Assembly (NCBI GenBank): GCA_030631665.1
Contig: DAOVKU010000002.1
Location: 1 to 37,195, forward strand
Source of the DNA: Candidatus Omnitrophota bacterium
GTDB taxonomy: Bacteria > Omnitrophota > Gorgyraeia > DAOVKU01
Reading direction: 5' to 3'
Length of the DNA: 37,195 nucleotides
The first letter of the stretch is position 1. Each line of letters begins with the position of its first letter. The notes under the pieces are model-generated. The model was not told where the DNA came from. It saw only the letters and a list, made by a program, of their open reading frames with translations, and did no database searches. The position numbers were made by a program, and so were the translations under genes. Positions 7,988-16,553 of the stretch are shown piece by piece.

Positions 7988-10900
7988 TTGAGAAAAAAAA
8001 TTATTTTTTTAATAGTCTTAATTCTCGGCTGTTTGAATATTACAGGCCTCATTGGAGCCCAAGATCAGGAGACTTATCTCTATGTTCTTAACCCACAGGA
8101 ACCCAACTTAAAAACGTGGCCTACCGGTTGGGGCAATGAACCGGATGAAGTTTCTGCCAGGATTTCTGATGGAAATGTGGTTGTTAGAGGCATTCGGGAA
8201 GAGCAGAGTTTCGGGGCGCTTCATAAAAATATATGTGTTGATTTTGAAAAGTACTCCTATCTTGAAATTGAAGTTAGCCGGGCTGCCAACTGTTGGTATA
8301 TAATTTTTAGTGGTCCTGAATTTGAAAATGGTTTTATAAGAATTCAGAAAGACACCGAAAAAACAGGAAAATTTAAATACAACCTCTGGAATTATCCCCA
8401 GCTCAGGAACAAAATGGAATTTGATATTCAAATTGGAGTGAGCGCTCCCGGGAAAAGCGGACAGAAAGATGTGGAAATGGTTTTCGGAAACCTGCGTTTT
8501 GTTGATACAGGGCGCCGGCGTCCTTTAAAAGGACCGAAATTGATTAGGCGCAATTTACCCCAGCCTATACTGAATGCCAATTACGATTTACCCAAGCCGC
8601 AGATTTCCAGAATTGTTTTTCTATCTTCACACAAGCAGGCTCCAGGGAAAGATTTTTATAAACCTAAGAAAAATATTTTTGAGATTTTCGCAAGACGCGA
8701 ATTGCCTGTTGAAACTCCAATTTCCAGACCGGTTTTTAATGATACAGGCAAAGAAACAATAAGCATTGAAAGCGATTGTTATAAGCTTATTTTCAGCAAG
8801 AAAAATGGCGCATTTCTGGGCATTAAAGATAAAGTAAAAAATGAAATTATATCTGTAGGTTCTGTGGATGGAATTTTATGGCGTCTTAATTTTCATAAAA
8901 GAAAAAGCATAAGCAATAAAGATTTTGATTCTGATTCAAAAGAGAGGCCTTTTAAATATAAATGGAAAAAGTCAAAAAAGCAGCTTTTGTTTTCTTATGA
9001 AGATAAAACCACAGATTTTAAGTTTACAATAACTATTTGCGCCTCAAAGGAAAACTATATAGATTTTAAGACAGAGATTAAAAATACCTACGAGCAGCCC
9101 ATTATTTTAGTTAATTTTCCCAAAGGGCTTACTTTTAAACTTGAGAAATTGAAACGTTTTATTTATCCTTTCCGAGGCGGTCTGGCTTTTAAGCCAGGTT
9201 TTTTTTTAGAAAGGCGTTATATATCTGAGTCACAATATCTTTTTAGCGATTATATAGCAGTAGAATTTGAGAATAGCAATTTATCTTTATATACCATACA
9301 AAATCCCAAGTGCTGGACACAGGCTACCATGAGCGCTGGCTATGATTCATATCAGGGAGGAGCGGGGTTTTATACTTATGCCCAGGCGACCTACATTAAA
9401 AGTAGTTCACGCTGGCGCAGCCCTGTCATTAGGATGCGCATTGGAGAGCCAACGGAAGAAAGCATACAGCATTATATAGAAGATAACGCCCTGAATAAAA
9501 TACCCGATCTTAATAAAAGAATTAGTAAGGATTTATTTTATAAATTATCTAAATCGGTTTTATTAAAATTTGACTTTGTCTGGATAGGTCAAAGTTTTAA
9601 AGAGGTGAAAGAGTTTATTGAAAAATTACCTTCGCCTACCCTTATTCACCCGGTAACTTTCTGGGACAAGGGATTCGATAAAAATTATCCTGATTACCTG
9701 CCGCCCAATGAAGATTTTGGAAGCCAGGAAGATTTAAGAGAGTTGGTTGAAGCAGCACGTGAATTGGGTGATTTGGTAATGCCCTATACCAACCCTACCT
9801 GGTGGAATGAAAGCGTAACTTTAGAAAAACTGGGAAAAGAAAATATTGCTGTTATAAAACTCGATGGCCAGATTCACGGTGAGTGCTACTGGGGAGTAAA
9901 CTGGGGCATAATTACCAGCCCCCATCATCCGCAGGTTATCAAGAGAACCCAGCAGACCGTCCGTGAATTTAAATATGACATACCTTGTGATATCCTTTTT
10001 GAAGACCAGCTGGGCTCCAGACCCTGGCAGTATGATTTAAATCCAAGAGCGAGGGGAGTAAATTTTTATAAACAGGGTTTGATAGATTTTGCTCGAAGGG
10101 ATTCGAAGCAAATCCCTGTTATGTGCGAAGGCGGATTTGACGGGTTGATGCCATACGTGATTGCTTTTTCTGATTTATCGGTTAACAATGCTCTTCCGCC
10201 GGATGAGACTTTTAATAGTTGGTATGGCAAAGGTAACTGGGAAGTATTTCCCTATGCTTTATATGTAGCGCATAATAAAAATGGTTTTTATCAGCACAAT
10301 CTTGCACATGAAGTTTTTACTAATTCAAAAGAACAGCTTACCTGGAATATGGCCTATGGGCATAATTTAAATCAGGGTTATTGGCCGGCTGCCTGGGAGA
10401 AAGAGCAGAAAAAATGGTTCTATATTGATGATGCCTTCCAGAAAGCTGTGGCCTGCCGTTTCTTTGGGAAGAAATTAACTGATTTTCAAAGGATGGGCAA
10501 GGAGATTACTTTTAGCCGTTTTGAAGACATAGGTATAGTTGCGAACCATTCCAAAGTCACGCCATATGAGATAGAAGGTTTTCTCTTACCGCCGGGCGGT
10601 TTTCTCGCCAAATCACAAGATGACAGTTTAGTAGCCGGTATATTCGATGTTTTTAATCACGACCTTTTAGCTGATGAGCACTTTATTATTGTAGAGAAAG
10701 AACCGGACAAAATCATAGTCAAGCAACCCGATGCAAAGAAGACTTTAATCAGTCTTAAGCGGCCGGACGCCTGGGATATGGCTGATAGGATTAATGTAAT
10801 TTGTGGGGGCCAACAGGTGCCGACGGCTGTGTCTGAAGACAAAATAACTTTCCTTTATGATTCTGCAGAAATTAATAGTAAGTATATATTAAATTATGAT

Positions 10901-13900
10901 CCTTTAATAGATGATATAGAGCTGATTATTAAGCCTGAAAAAAATTATGTAAGGCCGCAAGAAAAAGTTAAGGTTTCTGTCATTGCTAAAAACCTAAGCA
11001 TTATGCCTATTAAAGAAGGGAAATTGGCTTTGAGCGCCTGGTTGGTTCATTCCGATGGGCCTGTTCCCGGTATGTGGGGAGGATATTCGCAGGACAAAGC
11101 CGACATTACCCAGGTAAGTGAGATTTTTAAAGCCATAGACATAGATTCTCAGGTTTTGGCTGATTTTAATATTGTTATTCCCGAAAAGGCAGGAGAGGGG
11201 GATATAATTTGGCTTAAAGGTGAAATAATATATACCCAGGATTCCATAAGAAAGATGAAGCAGATTCAGAATAAAGTAAACGTAATATCTCAACCAATAA
11301 AAATTCAAATTAGACCAAAAGAAATTATTATCTATCCTGAAGTTAAAGAGCAACTTGAAATCAAAATAAAAAACAATCAGGCTAAAACCCTGAAGGGAAA
11401 TATTGAATTAGATACCGATTTACCTGCAGGTATTCTGGAAAAAGAAAGCATTTCTTTTTATCTTAAGCCATTGGAAGAAAAAACCATTTTTGTAGGCGTG
11501 CGGGTTCCTGCTTCCGAAGTAGATGAAGATTATCAATTAATTGCTAAGGTTAAATTAGATGGGAGAATGTATTCTTCAAGCACATGTTTGATTAAAGTCA
11601 GCTTGGGGATGCCGGAGATAGGCCTTGGGCCGCAAAATGTTTTGTTTTTAAGCAGGAAGCAGCCCCTTAATGTTACCGTCCAAGCTCATGGGGGGCTGCC
11701 GCTTAAAGGGTGGTTGAATATTGAAGTGCCGGAAGGGTGGCAGATAATGCCTGAGAAGCAGGAAGTAAATCTATTGGCCGGCAAACATAAGAAGTTTGAT
11801 TTTACCATAAAGCCCACTTCGAAAATCGATACAAATATAATTGCAAAAATATCGACAGATGAAACTGAGATAAAACGCCAAGAGGCCTTTAAAGTCATAG
11901 GTGAGAGAGGAGAGGCGGTTTTAATTGAAGCAGATATAAATCAGGATGGTTATACAGATTTTGTGCTTGCCAACAAACTAGTGGAAGTTCACGTAACTGA
12001 GGCCATTGGCGGCAGAATTTTATCCTTCTTTCTTAAAGAAGATGCCCATAATCAGCTTTACAATGCCTATTGGCAACTGCCGAAAACTAAAGAGGCAAAG
12101 GCGTGGATTGAATACGGTGGAATAAATGACTGGTTTCCCAAAGAGTGGCCGGGCGAGGTCTGGGCAAATACCTGGGAATATGAAATAAAACAAAAAGGGC
12201 CGAAGGAAGTATCACTAAAGATGTGGACGCAGACACCTGATAAATTATATCTTGAAAGGACCATGACCTTAAAAGCCGGTTCCCCGGTTTTAAATGTAAA
12301 ATATAAAGTTAAAAATAACTCATCCTCAAAGCAGGAGTTTGCGTGGGCCAATCATCCTGATTTGGCGCCGGGCCCCCGCGATGCTACCGAGAAACACCAG
12401 ATTGTAATTCCCACCAGGGACAAAGGTATGATAATTCAGGATTACAAAAGAAGTATTAGTAAAAACGAATATATCCCCTCTGAGAATTGGATTCTTGCCC
12501 ATGATGGAGCCAGTGATGAATATTTCCTGCAGGAATTTGATAGGAAATTGGTTGATAAAATAGGTGTATGGGAGGGTGTTGGGTTTTACACTATGGAATT
12601 AGTTTTTAAACCAAAGACTTTGAACCCTCAGGAAGAATTTACATTTGATATAAAATATAGTGCGGGAAAAGAGAAATTAGAAAATCTCAAATCAGGCCCG
12701 CTCGCAGTCAAAATGCCTTATCCCCCGGTTGAAGAGAAAAAATATGTTTTTGCTCATTATATGACCTGGTTTGGGACGCCGGAAGTGAGCAATAGTTGGT
12801 ATAATTGGGCGTGGCCCCAAAAAGCACACAAGCGCAATCCTGACAGAACATTGCCTGGAGGCCGCAGGGATATAGCTTCTTTGCATTACCCTTTAATTGG
12901 ACCTTATGATTCAACCGATGAAGATGTTTTGGAATATCATATTTTATTGGCAAAAGCGGCCGGGATAAACGGTTTTGTGGTTAATTGGTATAATTTTGAA
13001 GATAAATTCGGCAAAGTCAAACATATTGACAAAGGTTTCAAAAAACTTCTTGAGGTTTCAGAGAGATTAAATTTTAAAGTCTGTGTTGACATAGATGATA
13101 AATGCATGTTTCCTCCTTATACCTACGGTTCCACCAGAGAGCAAGCAATAAATGAGGCAAAGAAAGCAGTTAGAAGGATATTTAGAGAGTATGGCAGGAG
13201 TGAGGCCTATTTTAGAATTAATGGGCGTCTGGTAATTACAAACTTTGGTTGGGGACCGCCTTTGTTCTCAGGCGAAGGAGCCGTCTCTTTTTCACCGCAG
13301 GAATGGAAAGAGATTATGAATTCCGTAAAAGAATTCCAGCCTTTATTTATTGCTGACCATCAGTGGCATTGGGGAAAAGGCATTGGGGAAACAGGTTTTC
13401 TGGAGGTTGCTGATAGTATTTATCCATGGGTTTCAGGTGGCCCCCAGCCCAGAATAGAATTTTATGAGCAGTCAAAGCAAGCATTAGCCGAAGGTCAAAT
13501 TGAGTTTATTAGCGGAGAAGCATGTCCCGGGTTTGATAGTTATGGCACCTGGGGTTGGGGCGGCGGCCGGACTATTATTCCCAGAGATGAAGGAGAGGTC
13601 TACAAGACAACCTGGGATGAATGCCTGAAGTATGATGTTAAATGGATTCAGATTATAACCTGGAACGATTTTGCAGAAGGGTCAACCATAGAGCCGACCC
13701 TTGAATATGGATATAAATACTTAGAAATAACAGCTGATTATGCGTTTGGATTAAATAACAAAAAACCAAACTATTACGCCCTCAAAATTCCTAAAGAAAT
13801 CTATGATATAAAAAGTCAAATAAAAGAGTTAAGTGAAAATGAAAAAATTAACCTTGACCTTCTCAATTTATATAAGAGAGATTGCAAAGAAGCGGTAGCT

Positions 13901-15454
13901 TTATTTGTAAATGGTAATTATAAAAAGGCAAGTCAAATCGTTAATAACTTGAAACAAAAAGTTAAACGAGAGAAAATAAAAATTCCAGAAATTAAAGAAA
14001 CCGAATTATTGCTTAAACCACAAGAAGCAACTATTTTTGCAGGAGAAACGCAGAATTTTTTTGTTCTTATCAGGAATGAGTCTGATGAATTCCTGAAGGG
14101 CAAACTTAATATTGATAGCGATGGCGATATACCCGCAAATTGGTTAAGTAAAAATACAGTGGATATTGATTTAAGAGCTGGCGAAGAAATAAAAATTCCT
14201 TTTCAGATTAATGTTTCACAAAAAGCAAAAAAGAGAAAAGCGATGATAGAAGCGAAATTAGAAACGGGAGAAAAATTAATACGCTCCCATGTTTCGTTAG
14301 TTAAAATAACACCTTCTTTTTTCCATATAGATATAGGGCCGCTGAACATTTTGCGCCTGAAAAAGAAAGAGAAGATCTTGGTTCAAATTACTACCCAGCA
14401 GAAAAATTCTGATTCAGGAAATATTATATTAAATGTGCCTTCCGGATGGATAGTTAAGCCCCGCAAGGCCTCATATACTATAAAAGGCACTGGTAAAAAG
14501 AAAATTGATTTTTTCATAACCCCCACCAATACAAAAGAAGGCACTATCACAGCTATGGTAACCAGTCGCAATAAAGGAGAATTATCCGCGAGTGAGCCCT
14601 TTAAGGTCATAGAGAAGACAGATGCAGCCCTTGCAAAAGGAGATATTAATGCAGATGGCCGGATAGATTTTGTGCTGGGAAATAGTAAGGTTGAAATTCA
14701 GATTACACCGGCACTGGGAGGGCGAATATTAGCCTTTTATTTACGTCAGACAGGGAATAATCAATTATTTCTTGATTATCCCGGAGTAGAGAAGACCATA
14801 GATAGTGCTTTTGAAGGATGGATTGAGTATGGAGGAATTAACGACACTTTTCCCAGGGGCTGGCCGGGCGAGGTCTGGGCAAATACCTGGGAATATGAAA
14901 TAAAACAAAAAGGGCCGAAGGAAGTATCACTAAAGATGTGGACGCAGACACCTGATAAATTATATCTTGAAAGGACTATGACCTTAAAAGCCGGTTGCCC
15001 GGTTTTAAATGTAAAATATAAAGTTAAAAATAACTCATCCTCAAAGCAGGAGTTTGCGTGGGCCAATCATCCTGATTTGGCGCCTGGCTCATCAAAAAAG
15101 GCGCAATTGGAGGATGAAATTATAATTCCCGCCAGAAGCGGTCTTATTAAGGAGTCGTTTAGAGCCATAATGGGCAAGAGTCATCATTCTCCCAGCGAAG
15201 GCTGGTGTGTGGCTCTTAGCTCAAAAACAGGAGAGTATTTTGCGCAACAATTTGATAGAGATTTAGTGAAAAACATAGGTGTCTGGCAAGGAAAAGATTT
15301 TTTTACAGTTGAATTAATATTTAAAGAAATTTTACTTCAACCGAATGAAGAAGTAAGCTTTAACGTAAATTATCTTGCAGGTAAAGATGATTGGATGCAA
15401 GCTATAAAATATAGCGCCGAAGAAGAAAGCTCGCAGGATTTATTAAAAAGATGA
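7988..15454 (+). CDS. Giant (2488 aa) secreted/lipoprotein multi-domain glycan-active protein
   Basis: TTG start 7 nt after AAGGGG. The signal peptide has a possible lipobox (LILGC) or an SPI site (LIGA|QDQ). Domains by eye:
- A-type novel module, aa 28-173
- uncharacterised beta-domain plus TIM-barrel-like core, aa ~255-930
- three NEW3/CARDB-like Ig modules, aa ~975-1305
- mutarotase-like beta-sandwich, aa ~1306-1565
- GH99-like domain, aa ~1583-1925
- helical linker
- two Ig modules, aa ~2003-2208
- second mutarotase-like domain, aa ~2210-2468. Confidence 0.9.
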   Translation: MRKKIIFLIVLILGCLNITGLIGAQDQETYLYVLNPQEPNLKTWPTGWGNEPDEVSARISDGNVVVRGIREEQSFGALHKNICVDFEKYSYLEIEVSRAANCWYIIFSGPEFENGFIRIQKDTEKTGKFKYNLWNYPQLRNKMEFDIQIGVSAPGKSGQKDVEMVFGNLRFVDTGRRRPLKGPKLIRRNLPQPILNANYDLPKPQISRIVFLSSHKQAPGKDFYKPKKNIFEIFARRELPVETPISRPVFNDTGKETISIESDCYKLIFSKKNGAFLGIKDKVKNEIISVGSVDGILWRLNFHKRKSISNKDFDSDSKERPFKYKWKKSKKQLLFSYEDKTTDFKFTITICASKENYIDFKTEIKNTYEQPIILVNFPKGLTFKLEKLKRFIYPFRGGLAFKPGFFLERRYISESQYLFSDYIAVEFENSNLSLYTIQNPKCWTQATMSAGYDSYQGGAGFYTYAQATYIKSSSRWRSPVIRMRIGEPTEESIQHYIEDNALNKIPDLNKRISKDLFYKLSKSVLLKFDFVWIGQSFKEVKEFIEKLPSPTLIHPVTFWDKGFDKNYPDYLPPNEDFGSQEDLRELVEAARELGDLVMPYTNPTWWNESVTLEKLGKENIAVIKLDGQIHGECYWGVNWGIITSPHHPQVIKRTQQTVREFKYDIPCDILFEDQLGSRPWQYDLNPRARGVNFYKQGLIDFARRDSKQIPVMCEGGFDGLMPYVIAFSDLSVNNALPPDETFNSWYGKGNWEVFPYALYVAHNKNGFYQHNLAHEVFTNSKEQLTWNMAYGHNLNQGYWPAAWEKEQKKWFYIDDAFQKAVACRFFGKKLTDFQRMGKEITFSRFEDIGIVANHSKVTPYEIEGFLLPPGGFLAKSQDDSLVAGIFDVFNHDLLADEHFIIVEKEPDKIIVKQPDAKKTLISLKRPDAWDMADRINVICGGQQVPTAVSEDKITFLYDSAEINSKYILNYDPLIDDIELIIKPEKNYVRPQEKVKVSVIAKNLSIMPIKEGKLALSAWLVHSDGPVPGMWGGYSQDKADITQVSEIFKAIDIDSQVLADFNIVIPEKAGEGDIIWLKGEIIYTQDSIRKMKQIQNKVNVISQPIKIQIRPKEIIIYPEVKEQLEIKIKNNQAKTLKGNIELDTDLPAGILEKESISFYLKPLEEKTIFVGVRVPASEVDEDYQLIAKVKLDGRMYSSSTCLIKVSLGMPEIGLGPQNVLFLSRKQPLNVTVQAHGGLPLKGWLNIEVPEGWQIMPEKQEVNLLAGKHKKFDFTIKPTSKIDTNIIAKISTDETEIKRQEAFKVIGERGEAVLIEADINQDGYTDFVLANKLVEVHVTEAIGGRILSFFLKEDAHNQLYNAYWQLPKTKEAKAWIEYGGINDWFPKEWPGEVWANTWEYEIKQKGPKEVSLKMWTQTPDKLYLERTMTLKAGSPVLNVKYKVKNNSSSKQEFAWANHPDLAPGPRDATEKHQIVIPTRDKGMIIQDYKRSISKNEYIPSENWILAHDGASDEYFLQEFDRKLVDKIGVWEGVGFYTMELVFKPKTLNPQEEFTFDIKYSAGKEKLENLKSGPLAVKMPYPPVEEKKYVFAHYMTWFGTPEVSNSWYNWAWPQKAHKRNPDRTLPGGRRDIASLHYPLIGPYDSTDEDVLEYHILLAKAAGINGFVVNWYNFEDKFGKVKHIDKGFKKLLEVSERLNFKVCVDIDDKCMFPPYTYGSTREQAINEAKKAVRRIFREYGRSEAYFRINGRLVITNFGWGPPLFSGEGAVSFSPQEWKEIMNSVKEFQPLFIADHQWHWGKGIGETGFLEVADSIYPWVSGGPQPRIEFYEQSKQALAEGQIEFISGEACPGFDSYGTWGWGGGRTIIPRDEGEVYKTTWDECLKYDVKWIQIITWNDFAEGSTIEPTLEYGYKYLEITADYAFGLNNKKPNYYALKIPKEIYDIKSQIKELSENEKINLDLLNLYKRDCKEAVALFVNGNYKKASQIVNNLKQKVKREKIKIPEIKETELLLKPQEATIFAGETQNFFVLIRNESDEFLKGKLNIDSDGDIPANWLSKNTVDIDLRAGEEIKIPFQINVSQKAKKRKAMIEAKLETGEKLIRSHVSLVKITPSFFHIDIGPLNILRLKKKEKILVQITTQQKNSDSGNIILNVPSGWIVKPRKASYTIKGTGKKKIDFFITPTNTKEGTITAMVTSRNKGELSASEPFKVIEKTDAALAKGDINADGRIDFVLGNSKVEIQITPALGGRILAFYLRQTGNNQLFLDYPGVEKTIDSAFEGWIEYGGINDTFPRGWPGEVWANTWEYEIKQKGPKEVSLKMWTQTPDKLYLERTMTLKAGCPVLNVKYKVKNNSSSKQEFAWANHPDLAPGSSKKAQLEDEIIIPARSGLIKESFRAIMGKSHHSPSEGWCVALSSKTGEYFAQQFDRDLVKNIGVWQGKDFFTVELIFKEILLQPNEEVSFNVNYLAGKDDWMQAIKYSAEEESSQDLLKR
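8069..8506 (+). other. A-type ~145-aa module (N-terminus of giant protein 1)
   Basis: Colinear similarity to the whole mature parts of the small proteins at 27938..28510 and 29136..29687. Shared motifs: SFG.(L/V)HKN, (K/R)Y(S/P).(L/I).I(D/E)V.S...WY(I/L)I, TGK.KY(N/D)L, F(D/I)LQ(I/V)GV, LRF. Confidence 0.7.
8750..10777 (+). other. Uncharacterised catalytic-core-like region (beta-domain plus TIM-barrel-like), copy in giant protein 1
   Basis: Colinear with 22356..24449 and with 32476..34962. Shared blocks: YPDYLPP...DLRELVEAARELG, ITSPHHPQV, DILFEDQLGSRPWQYD, IPVMCEGGFD, FYQHNL. Confidence 0.65.
12146..12369 (+). repeat. 224-bp intragenic direct repeat, copy 1 (2 mismatches to copy 2)
   Basis: tggccgggcgaggtctgggcaaatacctgggaatatgaaataaaacaaaaagggccgaagg...gatttggcgcc recurs at 14861..15084. 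Only c/t (12263 vs 14978) and c/g (12282 vs 14997) differ. Flanking sequence is far more diverged. Confidence 0.95.
12734..13762 (+). other. GH99-like (endo-alpha-mannosidase-like; GH71-like is the alternative) domain inside giant protein 1
   Basis: HYMTWFG, DIASLHYPLIGPYDSTDEDVLEYHILLAKAAGINGFVVNWY, LNFKVCVDID and IITWNDFAEGSTIEP resemble my memory of the GH99 blocks (YYAWYG; YP.LG.YSS.D..V...H......GI....SWY; SFNEWHEGTQIE). Confidence 0.5.
14861..15084 (+). repeat. 224-bp intragenic direct repeat, copy 2
   Basis: See 12146..12369. The offset is 2715 bp, which is in frame (905 codons). Confidence 0.95.
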
Positions 15455-16467
15455 AGCTAAAAAAATATGCTGACAATCCTATTTTAAAACCCACAAAAGA
15501 AGGAAACTGGGAAAGGTATGCGGTGTGCAATCCCGGGGCCTATTACGACAAGGGCAAAGTTTATATGTTGTACAGGGCTTCAGCGGAAACGGACATATAT
15601 CGCATTTATATGGGCCTTGCCATCAGCGAGGACGGTTTTCATTTTAATAGAGTTTCAAATAAACCTATTTATACGCCTACTTATTTGTTTGAAGGCGGGG
15701 GCGTTGAAGACCCCCGTATTGTAAAATTCGGAAGTTATTATTACGTGACATACGCCTGCAGGGCAGTTCCTTTTACGCTGTTTGTTACGGGTAAGGGGCC
15801 TGAGTATTCCGAGAATGTGCCCAAAAGCCTAAAGGAAAACCTGAGTCGCACCGGTCTTCTGCGCACAAAGGATTTCAGAAACTTCGAATGCCTGGGAGTT
15901 ATTTCCCGAGATGATTTAGATGATCGGGATGTGGTCATATTTCCAGAAAAAATCAATGGGAAGTATATAATGCTCCATAGGCCTGCCGAATGGGTGGGAC
16001 CGGAATATGGCTGCAGAAAATCAAGCATCTGGATGACATTTTCCAGTTCATTAACTAGCTGGAAAGAAAAGAGTGTGCTTTTGGCGCAACCGGATTCCGA
16101 AGCTCCCTGGCAGGAGAAGAAAATTGGAGCAAGCACGCCGCCTATTAAGACGAAGTATGGATGGCTTCTTATGTATCACGGCGTCCAGGGTGACAAGCCC
16201 GGGCGGTATTACCGGCAGGGTGTTATGATGTTAGATCTTAATGACCCGCGAAAAATTATTTCCCGCCCAAAGGATTTCATACTGGAACCCACTGAACCCT
16301 TTGAAAAAGATGGAGTGGAAGAAAATGTGGTTATTGCCGTAGGTAATGTTGTTATCGCTGAGGAGTACTTTTGTTATTACGGGGGAGCAGACAAAGTCAG
16401 ATGTGTGGCCACGGCAAAACTGAAAGACTTGATAGATTTCGCGATGTCGGCTTCGGTTAAAAAATAG
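15451..16467 (+). CDS. GH130 family glycoside (beta-mannoside-type) phosphorylase/glycosidase, cytoplasmic
   Basis: 338 aa with no signal peptide. GH130-like blocks: CNPGAYYDKGKVYMLYRA, GGVEDPRIVKFGSYYYVTYA, YIMLHRP, YGWLLMYHGV, YYGGAD. The ATG overlaps the giant-gene stop (ATGA). Confidence 0.8.
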   Translation: MKLKKYADNPILKPTKEGNWERYAVCNPGAYYDKGKVYMLYRASAETDIYRIYMGLAISEDGFHFNRVSNKPIYTPTYLFEGGGVEDPRIVKFGSYYYVTYACRAVPFTLFVTGKGPEYSENVPKSLKENLSRTGLLRTKDFRNFECLGVISRDDLDDRDVVIFPEKINGKYIMLHRPAEWVGPEYGCRKSSIWMTFSSSLTSWKEKSVLLAQPDSEAPWQEKKIGASTPPIKTKYGWLLMYHGVQGDKPGRYYRQGVMMLDLNDPRKIISRPKDFILEPTEPFEKDGVEENVVIAVGNVVIAEEYFCYYGGADKVRCVATAKLKDLIDFAMSASVKK

Positions 16468-16473
16468 AGAATT

Positions 16474-16536
16474 ATGAGCACTAAAAACGTTATTTTCGAT
16501 TTAGGCGCAGTGATTGTCGAAATCGTAAGGAATTGA
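16474..16536 (+). pseudogene. 20-codon micro-ORF resembling the N-terminus of a HAD-family beta-phosphoglucomutase (possible gene relic)
   Basis: It encodes MSTKNVIFDLGAVIVEIVRN. HAD motif I is normally hhhFDLDGV(I/L). Here the nucleophile-type Asp is present, but the second Asp and the Gly are replaced (FDLGAV), and the frame stops after 20 codons. Confidence 0.25.
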
Positions 16537-16553
16537 GAAACTATTTAAAACCT

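Noticed and set aside
7993-8010. Homopolymer tracts as phase-variation switches: A8 (7993..8000) and T7 (8004..8010) just after the giant-1 start, T9 at 9199..9207, and T8 at 17094..17101.
   Set aside because: The tracts are short, they encode ordinary Lys/Phe codons in an AT-rich genome, and they are in frame here. Without population data there is no evidence of slippage.
11933-11959. Ca-binding-loop-like motifs DINQDGYTD (11933..11959) and DINADGRID (14642..14668) as dockerins pairing with the cohesin-like protein.
   Set aside because: There is only one loop per cassette, with no duplicated 22-residue dockerin segment or flanking helices. The loops look more like FG-GAP/EF-hand-type loops at the edge of the mutarotase-like domain, so cohesin-dockerin pairing is unsupported.
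12146-12369. The 224-bp near-identical repeat pair as an insertion sequence or MITE.
   Set aside because: Both copies are in frame inside homologous protein cassettes. They have no terminal inverted repeats, target duplications or transposase. Gene conversion is the simpler explanation.
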